A DNA stretch of 64,000 nucleotides from the human T2T-CHM13v2.0 reference genome, Homo sapiens, in the NCBI RefSeq assembly GCF_009914755.1, contig NC_060941.1; one strand, given 5' to 3'. How positions within the stretch are numbered: the stretch's first letter is position 1; each line of letters begins with the position of its first letter. The translations under genes were made by a program, and so were the position numbers. Below the pieces are notes generated by a model that was not told the origin of the DNA, did no database searches, and saw only the letters and a list, made by a program, of their open reading frames with translations. Shown one piece after another: positions 36,394-52,046 of this stretch.

Positions 36394-36430
36394 ACACACA
36401 CACACACACATACATACACAGAGAGAGAGA
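36394..36430. repeat. (CA)n-(GA)n compound microsatellite
   Basis: acacacacacacacacatacatacacagagagagaga. Confidence 0.9.
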
Positions 36431-38133
36431 AAAGTGAAAGGTCTTGTCCAGGACAACTGTTTAGGAATAAATAGATTAGACTATTTATAGATAGATAGAA
36501 TAAAATAAAATGCCAATTTTATTCTCTTTTTAAAAAATGGGTTTTAGAATAAATGGTCAGGGTTTGCAGGATGGGTTGATGAGCAACTGGGCCTCTTGTT
36601 AGCAGGTTTACATGCATGCATATGCACACACACATAAACACCCTCTCCCTTTTGTCCTCTCTTGGAATGGGTGTCCCCTCATTTATAAAAATTACCTGGA
36701 AGGAATGAGGCTGCCAGGGTTTGTTCTAGACGATTGGTTCCTGTCTGGGGGAAAGGAATGGCCTCTACTGAATTTGACCGGTATATGACCGTTGCCTTCC
36801 AGCTGACCCCAAATCCCATTCCCATCCTCCTAACTCTGTTGCCTCCCATAGGGGTTATTAATGAGAGAAAACACCATCATCATCATCTTCGTCATCACAG
36901 CACAGTGTTGACCTGCTTGTTAACATGAAATGGGGTGGTGGGGACAGCTTCTGCTTCTCTTGCATACCATCATAAATAAGAAAAGATACTTTGCCATAGG
37001 ATCCCCTCACCCACCCCTTTGATTAGGTCAGAGGTGCATAATAGCTCTTTGACAGGCATTGATCAGTTTCATCACACTGTTTGGGCAGCCTGTGCCCCAG
37101 GCCTATATTCTCCCCACTTACTACCCCTAAATTACCTCCCAGATAACCCCCCACCCATCCCCCACTCAGCCAACCAGAGGGTATGGTGCCTGAGGAAGTC
37201 CTAAATGGACACTAGATGTCACCAAACACCTCCTTTCCCTCAGAGCCCTGAAATTAAAAAAAAAAAAAAAAAGAAAAAAAAATCCTTCATTTAAGGCAAT
37301 TGAAGGAATTAACTTATCTGTTTTTATGAGGGTTGTTGTCACATTCAACTAAGCACACTTAAAAGAGGAAGTATTGCTGCATTAAGATAATTTTTACAAC
37401 ATACAAATCTCTTTTGGAAAGAACGGGGTCAAGGGAGGGGAAAGGTCTCCATTCTTTTAAGTAGCCCATTGAGGAAGTAGGTGGAGAAAACCGGGTTAAA
37501 ACTCCCATTATAATTGACATAGTGTTGTGTTAACATAGTCCAGGTGTGCTGGCGCAGGCCTGCCGCATTCAGATGACTAGACTGGCTGTGGAGCCAGGAT
37601 CTCATCTGAGTTTAAGTAGCTGCAGTCCAGGGTGACAAAGTCCATTCTTCTCCACATAAGACCCATGACCATCTGACAGCATCACGTGTTCCACGCTAAA
37701 CTTGACTTTGTCTGTATGGCTCCCTGTTTCCACATCAATTCCATCAGCAAGGAAGATGACCCAGACCCTGGTGTGTCTGGGCCATGAGAATACCTTCCCA
37801 CCCCAGCTAAGCCACCGTGTAAGTATAAATCTTATGCGTACCCAACTTGTTGCTCCAAGGCTGCTTTCCATGGAAATAAGGCACTGGACAATTCCTTGGA
37901 AGAGCCTCAGACCAATTTATGAGGCACACAACCCAAGCCCAAGAGATGTACACTGGCTCAGTTTACCTTAAATGGAAGATCTCACCCAGTGGCCTCTTCT
38001 CCTTCCTAGTCAATTGAAAAAGAGCTTCTCTTTCCCTCTTTAATTTGTCCTTATCTTCTGAACAGCTCATGTTACCACCATAAATAACTTATGGAACAGG
38101 ATGCTTTTAAAAAAAATGGGCGTTTAAGTCTTA

Positions 38134-39462
<1,329 letters not shown>

Positions 39463-39787
39463 TCAGACAGGACTGAGCAGCAGCCGGCGTGTATTTCAAA
39501 CACAGCAGATGGATTTTTATATTAGCTCCTATTTCATGTTCAGGCAGAGCGACCGCCACGCTAAAACCACAGCCTCAATGCTGCCGAGTTTGCTTCTGTG
39601 AGATTAATTCTGTGAAATTAATTGGGACAAGATTGAAAAGGAAATTAAAATGCAGCTGAGTGAACAGGCCTTTCAAACACCTTTTCCCTGCTCTATTCAA
39701 ACTTGAATTCTGCGGTGGTCGCCGGCATCGTGGGAAGTAATTTACGAGTCGCAGGCTCTCAGGAGCCATTGGTTACGTATGAGGAGA

Positions 39788-39872
39788 CCTGCACCAGCGC
39801 CACAATCTGGAGCCACTGAAGAGCGCTAAACACCCTGCTGTGGCTTGAGCTGCATCCTGGCTCCGGGGAGGA
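39788..39872 (-). ncRNA. MIR1203: Annotated microRNA hairpin miR-1203 (mature 39847-39867), intronic and sense to SKAP1
   Basis: Minus strand reads CCCGGAGCCAGGATGCAGCTC, matching my recollection of hsa-miR-1203. GGAGCCA/TGGCTCC stem at 39809-39815 and 39858-39864. Confidence 0.8.
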
Positions 39873-40369
39873 AGGGAAGTTTAGTCCCTCACCAGAAAAA
39901 GCTGTTCAGAAATATCTGAGTCCAAAAGGAACACAGGAACATCCGCTGGATGCACAGATCTGCTTCGTTATTAAAATCTCCCTTTAATATATTTTGAGAC
40001 CCAAATTGGAACTCAGTGAATTAAGTGGGCATGACACTGCATGGGGCCAAGGAATGCATGGATGTGATGCAGGGAGGTCAGTGGGAGTCCTCCTGCTGAC
40101 TGTGCCACTGGTTACTGTTTCAGAGTTTGGATGTGTGGCTCTGGTCTCTCCACAAAATGAAGTTTGAATAATCTGTCAGGGACGAAAGCTCTCAGACCAG
40201 GAAAGGCATGGTGGATTTTCATGTAGGCCTCTTCACTGGGTATTTTTTTTTGTATCCAAGTGAGCGACTTTTGTGCTGTAGATCATCTCTTTTTCAATAA
40301 TTTATTGAACTCCTAGTATGTGCCCAACACTGATCCAAAAGTTTATTATTAGTAAAAGGGAAGGAAATA

Positions 40370-40530
40370 TTCCTACTTCCTACATGCCAGGCACTTCCTT
40401 ACACAAATTCTCTAATGTAAACATCACAACAAATGTATAAATATAAAATTTCCCAATTTTTACAGGTGAGGAAACTGAAGATTATCAGGATTAGGAGATT
40501 TTTGCCCAGGGTCATAAATAACCCGTCTGT
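40370..40530 (-). mobile_element. MIR fragment
   Basis: catgccaggcact...tttacaggtgaggaaactgaag...ttgcccagggtcat. Confidence 0.7.
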
Positions 40531-40598
40531 TACAGGCACTTACTTGCTTCCCTGAGAACAGGACAGGTGATGGGCACTTGGTTATCTCTGGGGAGCAT

Positions 40599-41996
<1,398 letters not shown>

Positions 41997-42046
41997 CTAA
42001 GATTCAAAGTTGGATCATGCTTGGGTGACTATTAAGAAACAGCAGA

Positions 42047-42348
42047 GGCCGGGCGCAGTGGCTCACGCCTGTAATCCCAGCATTTTGGGAGGCCGAGGCG
42101 GGCGGATCACGAGGTCAGGAGATTGAGACCATCCTGGCTAACACGGTGAAACCGCGTCTCTACTAAAAATACAAAAAATTAGCTGGGCGAGGTGGCGGGC
42201 GCCTGTAGTCCCAGCTACTCGGGAGGCTGAGGCAAAAGAATGGCGTGAACCCCAGGGGGCGGAGCCTGCAGTGAGCCGAGATCGCGCCACTGCACTCCAG
42301 CCTGGCAACAGAGCGAGACGCCTTCTCAAAAAGAAAAAAAAAAAAAAA
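42047..42348 (+). mobile_element. Young AluY (AluYe-like)
   Basis: CpG-rich; diagnostic gggcgaggtggcgggc and aaccccagggggcggagcctgcag; TSD aagaaacagcag. Confidence 0.85.
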
Positions 42349-43484
42349 GAAACAGCAGGGAGCAGCAGGAGCCTACGACTAAAGCTGCCATCCTCATTTC
42401 CCCTGCCACCTCCATCTCACCTCCCCTTCTAGATCCTCTAACCTCTGCACTCCGGACTCTGCCTTTCAGAATACTTTTATCAGATAGAGAGAGAGGGGGA
42501 AACCAGATGTATTTATGAGAACTGAAAACAAAAGAGCTGGTAATTTAAAAAAATTCTTTTTTGTTTAAACTGAATAAGTAATTAAAGCTAAAACACATTT
42601 TTGTGTGGAACTTCTTTAGCAGTTTTGCAGTGTCAGGCCCACCATATTTAGAATGGGAATGTCTGAGGTAGAAGGATTCTTAGATGCTATCCAACTCCAC
42701 GCTCTCTTTTAACAGGTGAAGAAACAAGTCCACTTAAGCTGAGCTGCACACAGCTGCATCTGTGTCTCTCAGGGAAACAGATTTCCCTAGATTCCTAAAC
42801 AGCAGGCCCTTCTTGTCCAACAGAGCTTCTACTGGACAAAAAGAAAAGTAAAATAGAGCTTTCTAGACACCACTTTCCGGGACTAAATTCAACTTGGGTC
42901 AGTTCTGTCCTTACAGGCGTGAGAGGCAGCTGCAGAGTGTAACGGACCCCAGCAAAAGAAGGCAGCTGAGGCTAAAGTGGGAATAAATTAGGATCTATTT
43001 GAGAGAAAATTCCAGAGATGAGGCACTACTGAACTTCTGAATAGACAGATGGCTGGGAATGGTAGTGGAATCTCGTTTTCTATCTGTTTGAATTTGTTCA
43101 TTTGTGCTTCTTAGAAGCAAGGCGATGAATAGATTGGGTGGCCTTTTAAGGTTCCCTCCTGTCCAAGGACTATTATTGAATTAGGTAATATAATACAGGT
43201 GAATCAAAACTGAAATGCTCCCCAAACCAATGTTAACTGGAATGCAGCTTCATGAGGGAAAGTTCAGCTGAGCTCTTAACTTCTCATTTCCTCTTTGATA
43301 TGCAGGGATTTGCAACATGGGGAAGGGAGCCAGCTGGTGTAGCTTTTTGGGAAAGAAATATGCTACTATTAATACAATGGTACAGGATGAAAATGGACTC
43401 AGAACCTTCCAGAAGAGAGGAGAAAGAAACTGATAGAAACAGGGCAGTGAGGTATTCTCATTGAATTAAACCCTGATATATTTG

Positions 43485-43803
43485 CTTTCTTTTCTTCTTT
43501 TTTTCTTTTTGGAGACAGAGTCTCACTCTGTCACCCAGGCAAGAGTGCAGTGGCAATCATGGCAAAAATCATGGCAGCCTTGAACTCCTGGGCTCAAGTG
43601 ATTCTCCCAGCTCAGCTTCCAGAGTAGCTGAGACTACAAGCATGTACCACCACACCCAGCTATTTTTTTTTAAATTTTTTATTTTGTAGAGATGGGATCC
43701 TGCTATGTTGCCCAGGCTGGTCTTGAACTCTTGGGCTCAAGCATCCTCCTGCCTCAGCCTCCTAAAATACTGGGATCACAGGCGTAGGCCACCATGCCTG
43801 GCC
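43485..43803 (-). mobile_element. Alu (AluJ-like)
   Basis: Diverged antisense Alu. Confidence 0.88.
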
Positions 43804-44831
43804 TATGTTAGCTTTTAGTAACAGAGAAGGGGAAGAGGTTTTTTTTTTTTTTCTTTTTAAAGATTGGATTGGTTCCCCATGTTCTTTGAGATTTCTTAAA
43901 AATACAATAGCCACTGTAACCACAGACAGCTCCATACTGCAGGACAGGTCACCGCACAACCCCTTCTAACTAGAGGAAAGGGACCCCCAGTGAGAGGCCA
44001 TTAACAAAGGCAAAAGACATGCAAAACAAACAAAATAATCATGACAGAGAGAAGGCCAGCAGCCAGTCTGGCTCTGTTCTTCCCCCCTCCTGCTGCAGGC
44101 ACCTCCAGACAATGTAAACAGTTAATTTGTTCACCTGCAGGCTCTGGGCAAACAGAGGCCTGGTCACACCTGAGTGGATAACTCGATTACCCCTGTAATG
44201 CCAGTGTGGTAATGTACACAAATTCTATTACACGGCAAACCTTGCTTTCGGGCATTTGAAATACCAATCAGGCCAATGTCCACTCCCTTTTTTGCTTCCA
44301 ATTTATTCTTGGTGTGTATTGGAGCCACACAGAAATGGCACTAGGGTGGTACTGAGTTAAGGATCCAGGATAAATCACTAGAAGATTGTGATCTCACTCA
44401 ACAAGGCCTGCAGGCCTCCTACTCTCTTGCAAACAAAGGGTTGGATTTGAATTGGGTCCATATTTAAAGGGGCCTGATTCTGTTGGAACCATAGAAAGGT
44501 GCTGTGGGTTAGACCTAGACTGTTTCCTAAGGTGCTTATGGTATATCTCAAACCAAGACAAACCTTTGCCCAAGGTAGTAAAATTCACAGAATAAAGATA
44601 AAAGATACTGACACATAAAAAAAAGAAGAAAGATAAACGATAAATGACAGATTAATAACCAACGGGTTTTCAGTTTTCCCTTATGGAATCCACATACTCA
44701 GCAATTAAAGAGCAAGTTGTGCCTATTTCAAAAATGTGTTTGTAGAGATTGATTGGCTGCATAGAGAGAGGACTTTTTAATAAGTGCTAGGGACAGAGCC
44801 TATTATTTTAGCCCACCTATAGAATATGTAT

Positions 44832-45104
44832 GGTCTTTCTTTACCAACATGATGCTACTGATCCCCCAAACTGTAGCCCATGAGTTCTGAATCTTCTTCA
44901 CATCAGTGATTGATCTGTAATAATCCATCCTTTTTTTAAAAAACCAGTTTGTTTACGGTCAACACTACTATTTGTAAGATGGTTAGCTGGAACTAGGGGT
45001 TAACTTATGACTGAGGAAGAGAATAAAGTTAGCTGGCCTGTGTGGGATTGAATTCACTCTCTTGGCCTTATCAGCAATTGCTCAAACCAATTGAGTTAAC
45101 GAGC
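44832..45104 (-). mobile_element. Ancient tRNA-Ile-derived SINE (MamSINE1-like)
   Basis: Minus strand 45104-45034 is a decayed tRNA-Ile head (gttaactcaattggtttgagc...tgctgataaggccaag...ttcaatcccacacaggcca), followed by a body resembling MamSINE1 (acccctagttccagctaaccatcttacaaat, ggatggat, gatcagtagcatcat). Confidence 0.7.
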
Positions 45105-45271
45105 TCTGACTCCTCCCCCATACATAATTATGTTACAGTCTTGTTTATCTATAAATGAAATAAGAAGGCAGCTTACCTAGCCAGAATGTTTTCAATAGTA
45201 TTACATGGTAATAAATTATGTACATAGTGATGACCTTTAAGCACAAGTCCCTGAGAAAGATTAAATTTTGA

Positions 45272-45633
<362 letters not shown>

Positions 45634-45836
45634 TAGCCTTGTATTTTTAAATGTGAAAATGGTTCCTGAATCTGGATTTTCATTTAAAACTTTTCCTAAC
45701 AATTATGAATAAATGGGAATTTATATTGTGAGGGAGCCATGGGAAGTGTATGACATGGAATAATTCTGTTTATGGTGACTAAATCAAGAATGAAAAAATT
45801 GACTTTCTATTTAAGCCCCACACTTTCTGTCCTTAC

Positions 45837-45937
45837 CTTGCTCAGAATACGGATGAGGTCACCCCGTTGGAAGGACAGTTCATCTGGCTGGTCACCATGG
45901 CAATCCCATAGGCCCTGGTAGTAACTGGCATAGTCTA
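45837..45937 (-). CDS. SKAP1: SKAP1 coding exon (N-terminal half of SH3 domain)
   Basis: Acceptor ctctttgatcag|TAG, donor AAG|gtaagg. Translates (V)[33 protein letters not shown]. The phase-0 end matches the next exon. Confidence 0.96.
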
Positions 45938-48299
45938 CTGATCAAAGAGAGGAGAAATCAAAGTTAAAAGGACTCTATTTTTTCCGAGGTGCCCATGTTT
46001 TTGCTGCAAATGGAAACCAGGGTTCTGATATTGCCCCTAGGAAACCTCAGATTAAGGGGAGTTGAGATGAGATACAGCCAAACACTCAGCATGAGCAAAG
46101 GACTATGGGAGAAGGAGATCATTAACTAACATTAAATATTTACAGATCACTCCTAGTAGGATGCCGTTCAACAATATGATAAATATATTTATTTATTAAT
46201 AAAAGAAAATCAGGCAGGTAATTTTTCACTTGGTTTGTAAGTAAGCAGTGCAGAGGTTTCCCGCCAGATTTTCCTGATCCAGGGCAACTAACTATCTAGT
46301 TTTTCTCTTCATTATGCATTTGAAGGATCAGAGTAAATCTGTGACTTCTGCCTATTTACAAGAAAGGCTTAGTCAGCCAGCAGGCTTCTGGATCACAGCT
46401 CACTTTTCGGCCTTCTTTGTCCATAGGAACTTTGTCCTGGGAACTTCCCACCTAGGTACTATATGAGGTAATCACCAATAAATACTGAAACGAATAGCCC
46501 AGTCTTTAAGTGGAACCAAGGGGGTGTCTCATCCATTACAACTAAATTCTGGGTGGGCTGGCCCTTTTCCAGCATCTCATTTGTAGACCTTGAACATGTC
46601 TGCCAAGATTTATCTGCAAGCCCCAGGGGAACAGAAACCAAAGTGATCTGCATTAAAAATGAAAGCAACTGAAGACGACAAACCAAGCTTTAGAAGCAGC
46701 TGGAGAGATTTACTGAGCTTCTCAGCAGAACTAGATGGCAATGATGCCACAGGACAGCCATCGATTCTTAACAATGAAGAATTTGTATTGATCTTCTACC
46801 CGGAAAGGTTAAACACTAGAGTACAAAGTGGGAGAGGATCTGGGGATTTGAATGGCAGGAGAGCTAATGCCCACTAGACCAGGCATGCTCCTTTTTCCTT
46901 GGGGTGCTCTGTATCAGAGCTGTGAACAAAGCACCTACAAAAGATGAAATTCAATAGATGGGAGTCAGGAGTCCTGGGTTCTAATTAAAATTCACATGAT
47001 TTTGGGGGACTCTGTTCTATAGATTTCCACCTTTCCCTTTATTCATTTTACCCTCCCATGAGCAGTGATAGTATTGGTGGCTGAGGATAGGGCAAGTGGG
47101 CAGTAGGGGCACAGACACCCTCCCTATATTTGCTTTTTTTCTACTTATTCCTGACTTACGAGCAATTTAAATAATAAAGGCACGGAGGGACAAAATCCCT
47201 ATATGTCTCTGGAAGAGAATTTTGGTAGGAATCTTAAAGGGTACAAAAACAGAGGAGGGAGAGAACTATTTAGTTAAAACTCAGATATTGCAAACAAAAG
47301 TAAAAATGTCAACCATATAGAAATTCAGGCATGTTTTCTTCACACATAAAATTGTCTGTGTGTGCAGTAGACAACAGAGGGCAGCAAACAAGATAACTAC
47401 TGTGAAAACATTCTGCCACAGAGTTGATAATATGTTTGGAAGAAAAATACTTTGGGAGAAATATGTTAGTTATTGAATAGACAAAGCATTCATTTTTGGA
47501 AATATTAAGTACATGAAATAATAGAGAAATATCAATCCCTGAAAAGTGAAAGTAGTTTTCCCAGAGGATATATTATGAATTTTCCATTTTAATGGAGTTG
47601 ATTAATTACCCCAAGATTTTGACTAAATTCAGGAATGAAAGAATATTAACATCAATATTTTTCATGGATTTATATATGGTAGAGAAAACCATTTTTGTAA
47701 AAATAGATTCTAAAACCATAACAATATTTCTAAGTGGTAAGGAGACTAACAAGGTTATCTTGGTCTTTTCTGGCCTAGCAGATAGTCACTTTGGAGTACG
47801 GTTCCCTACTGTGTGCCTGGATATGGGATAGGTCCTAATATTGAGTGCCTTTTTGGTGTATACATAAAAAGTGATTTGACATTGGGTATATATGGGCCTG
47901 GGAGAACATCTGGAAAAAGATCTATTCTAAAAGCACAAAAGATCACAGGGAAAGCAAGAAGCTAGGAGAAAAACAGAAGCCTTCCAGGAAAAAAATAAAG
48001 ATAGAAAAGGTCTTTGATATTAAAGGCCAAAAGAAGACAGAGTTCAGGAATCCAGGAGATGGTTTAGCTCAGCCCAAGAATAGGGAACTTCAGTCAGAAG
48101 TAGAACAGCTCCAAAAAAACAGGCAGAATGAAGGGCTAAAAACTGGGAAAAGTTTGAACTTGCTAGCTAGCTAGAAGTATTCTCTATTAAGGAAATCAGT
48201 GAGGGATAATTCCTTAGCTGGGCAAGGTGACTCCATATTGCAGACTTCCTGTTTAACACACATGTGATATGCATTTATGTGTATGTGTGCATGCAACTT

Positions 48300-48600
48300 C
48301 ACTAATTCATTCTCATCATCCAACAGACATGTATACAGTACCTACTAAATGCCAGGGACTGTGTTAGATACTGGGAATCCCACATTGGCCACACATGAGC
48401 CCTCCTCTCAAGGGTACCTTCTAGTCGGGGAAGCACCATGGAAAAAACAGTTACACAAATGTTTATTTATGATTATGATATGTCTGTGAAGGAGAAGTTG
48501 AGGACGCTGTGTGTAATAGGGAATCTAACATAGTTTGAGGGGTCAGAAAAGGCTTTTCTGGCCAAGTGGGTGTTAAAGACCTTGAAGAGGGGAAGAGATA
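48300..48600 (-). mobile_element. L2 3' fragment
   Basis: acctactaaatgccagggactgtgttagatactggg; gtcagaaaaggcttttctgg. Confidence 0.65.
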
Positions 48601-48739
48601 AGTTGGAGGAGGGCTTCATTCCTGAAGCTTGGCACCAGGAAGAGCTTAAAAGCCCAGAGTCTGCAGGGCTAGTCCAGCTTCTCCCTAAACCTGCCCAACT
48701 CATCCTATAAACAAGAGAATGCATGAGGAGACTTTGCTT

Positions 48740-49063
<324 letters not shown>

Positions 49064-50222
49064 GACTTTGATTTCTGTAGAGCAGAGAGAGGAACTGAGA
49101 GCCCAAGGGTGAGGCTTGCCTCTATGGGCTGGATTTAGATTCCTTTAGGCTTACACTACTCTGGCAGCCGTCTGAAATCAGAAATGGTGCAGCATTCTGA
49201 CCATTTAATTAATTCAAAACATCCTAATTCTCATTTTAAGGACATTATTCCATCTAATTATTTTTTTTCCAGTCTGTCCATTTGGAATGAAAAACAAAAG
49301 AATAAAGCTTAATGCCAGCATTTCTCAATGTCTCTCCGAAAAACATAACTCTGCACTAAATAAAGCCTGGTAATTCAAAAGCAAAGCACTAATATATTCA
49401 GCATAAAACAGACAGAGGACCTAGAGCAATAATGACACCACTAATAACTAAAACAGTTATAACAATTAACAACAATTACAATGATAGAGAAGCTAATGGG
49501 TATGATCACTGCATTTAAATTGCTAGCAGAGCTGAGAAGGGCTTTTTCTAGAGAAAAAAAAGCAGCATCTTACTCTCTTTATCCTATGTAAGGGAAGCTA
49601 AACTCCAAGCAACCAAAATGTCATAAGAAGAATAGCAACAGAACAAGTTAAAAAAAAGTATTGGTTTCTTTTTTCTATTTATTGCAAAGCATTTGTCATT
49701 GCATGCCAGGTTCTTTACAACTAGTGACAGTCATTTCTCTTGTAACTGAGGCCAAGTTGGTGCTACTGATGATAGAGTCAATGGCTGAAAATTAGCCTGT
49801 GTGACGAGCAAAGTTTTAAGGTAAAAAGGACCAGGACATCTCTCTGCCTTTCTCCTTCCTTAGGGACAATAAAATCTGACTGTTCCTTCCACAGTTCAGC
49901 TTATGTTTGGGAGTCACTGGGTAGCGACAGAATTCAGGCTGTGATCAGGGAAAAGTGGCTAAAGGCAGGCCAGCATGTTATTTACATTTTCTTGATTACT
50001 AAAATGATCGTGTCAATAAGGCCTGGCATTGAGTACAACCTCTTAAGTTATGGAAAAGAGAGACAAAACATGAAGATGGATAAAGCCAGTCCTACGAGAG
50101 GATGGGATGGTAAGACTTGGACAAAAAACGCCAAAGTAGTGACCCATTGGAAGTGACTTGAAATGTTCTTTAAGCCAGGTCAGAAAGGTCTAACATGTTG
50201 AGTTCATTCAAGTAAACTCTGA

Positions 50223-50529
<307 letters not shown>

Positions 50530-51725
50530 TTGATAGTTTATTAACTATTTCAGAAGAAAGCTATGAAAATATTTGCCAAGCCCCCAATGACTGTGGCACC
50601 AGAGGAGGAAGAGCAATTGGATAATACCATTTGCTTATTTCATAGCCCTTTAATCTTGAGTTTTGAAATTACTATGATCTTAGTGGTATAAGTATGATTT
50701 GGAAGTGGGGTATACTCAGATTCTGATTTTCATGTCATTTCCTCTTTTCATTGGGCCATAATTTTAGCTGATTAATAATCAGCTCATGTTTGGTCTTGGA
50801 AAACAGGCTTCAAAAGGTAAGAGCTGCAAACACCTCTGTGGTTTCCCTTTGTTTCTTTCATGTAGTAGTTCACTCTATTGGCGCGCACTAAAGTGAGAAG
50901 GGGGCCTCAGAGATGGAATGGTATAAGCAACCATTTTTTGGCCCTCCTAAAAGCAATCATTTGCTTATAAGACCACAATAGTGTGGTCTGTGTCTCCTTT
51001 TGGCTTAGTTTTTCCACAATTTCAGAGTTGGGGTTGGGGGCAGACTGAAGGAGGTACGGGTGGGAGGGGTCTGTTTCAGGTTTTCCTTGGTCAGGGATTT
51101 TATGTATCTAAGGATGATTTGTGCCTCCAGGGTTGCTTTTTATTTGACATAGCACATGCAAACAAATGGCCAGTAATTTCTATAAAAAACGAACACAGAG
51201 GAAGTTTTATTTTTGGTTACCTGGAGGTTACCTTTTCATGATAGGGAAAGGTGATAAGTTCTCATTACCTAAGACCCTTAATGTTAGACTACTGGGCTGA
51301 TGGGTTGGAATTTAGTGAAACTCTGAGGTGTTGAAGAGTCACTCATTAAAATAACCCTGTTACTAACAGTCATGCTGTAAACTGAGCTCTTTATAGATTG
51401 AGCAATCAATACTACAAGGCTGTGATAGATTTTCTAGGTAACAGAATGAAATAAAAGAAATTACATCTTACAGGGTCATTAACACTCAATAAGGATGAAC
51501 CGAATCCCTTCCCCCCTATTCTGATAAGATCTAGTTAGGCCTTCAGAATGTTAGCAATTCCATCAGAGAAAAAAGCACAGCATTCAAGGAACAGGATCCA
51601 TCGAGGTTGGAGAAAAGTACTTGGATTTTAAAAGTAACTCTGCTAGCCATAGCATCTTTTGGGAAAAAAGGAAGAAGGGAAAGGTCAACTTGCTTATATA
51701 TATTTTTCTCCCCAAAAGCATGTTA

Positions 51726-52046
<321 letters not shown>

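Noticed and set aside
45034-45104. tRNA-Ile gene
   Set aside because: Stems are heavily decayed and the sequence continues into a SINE body, so it is a SINE head rather than a functional tRNA.
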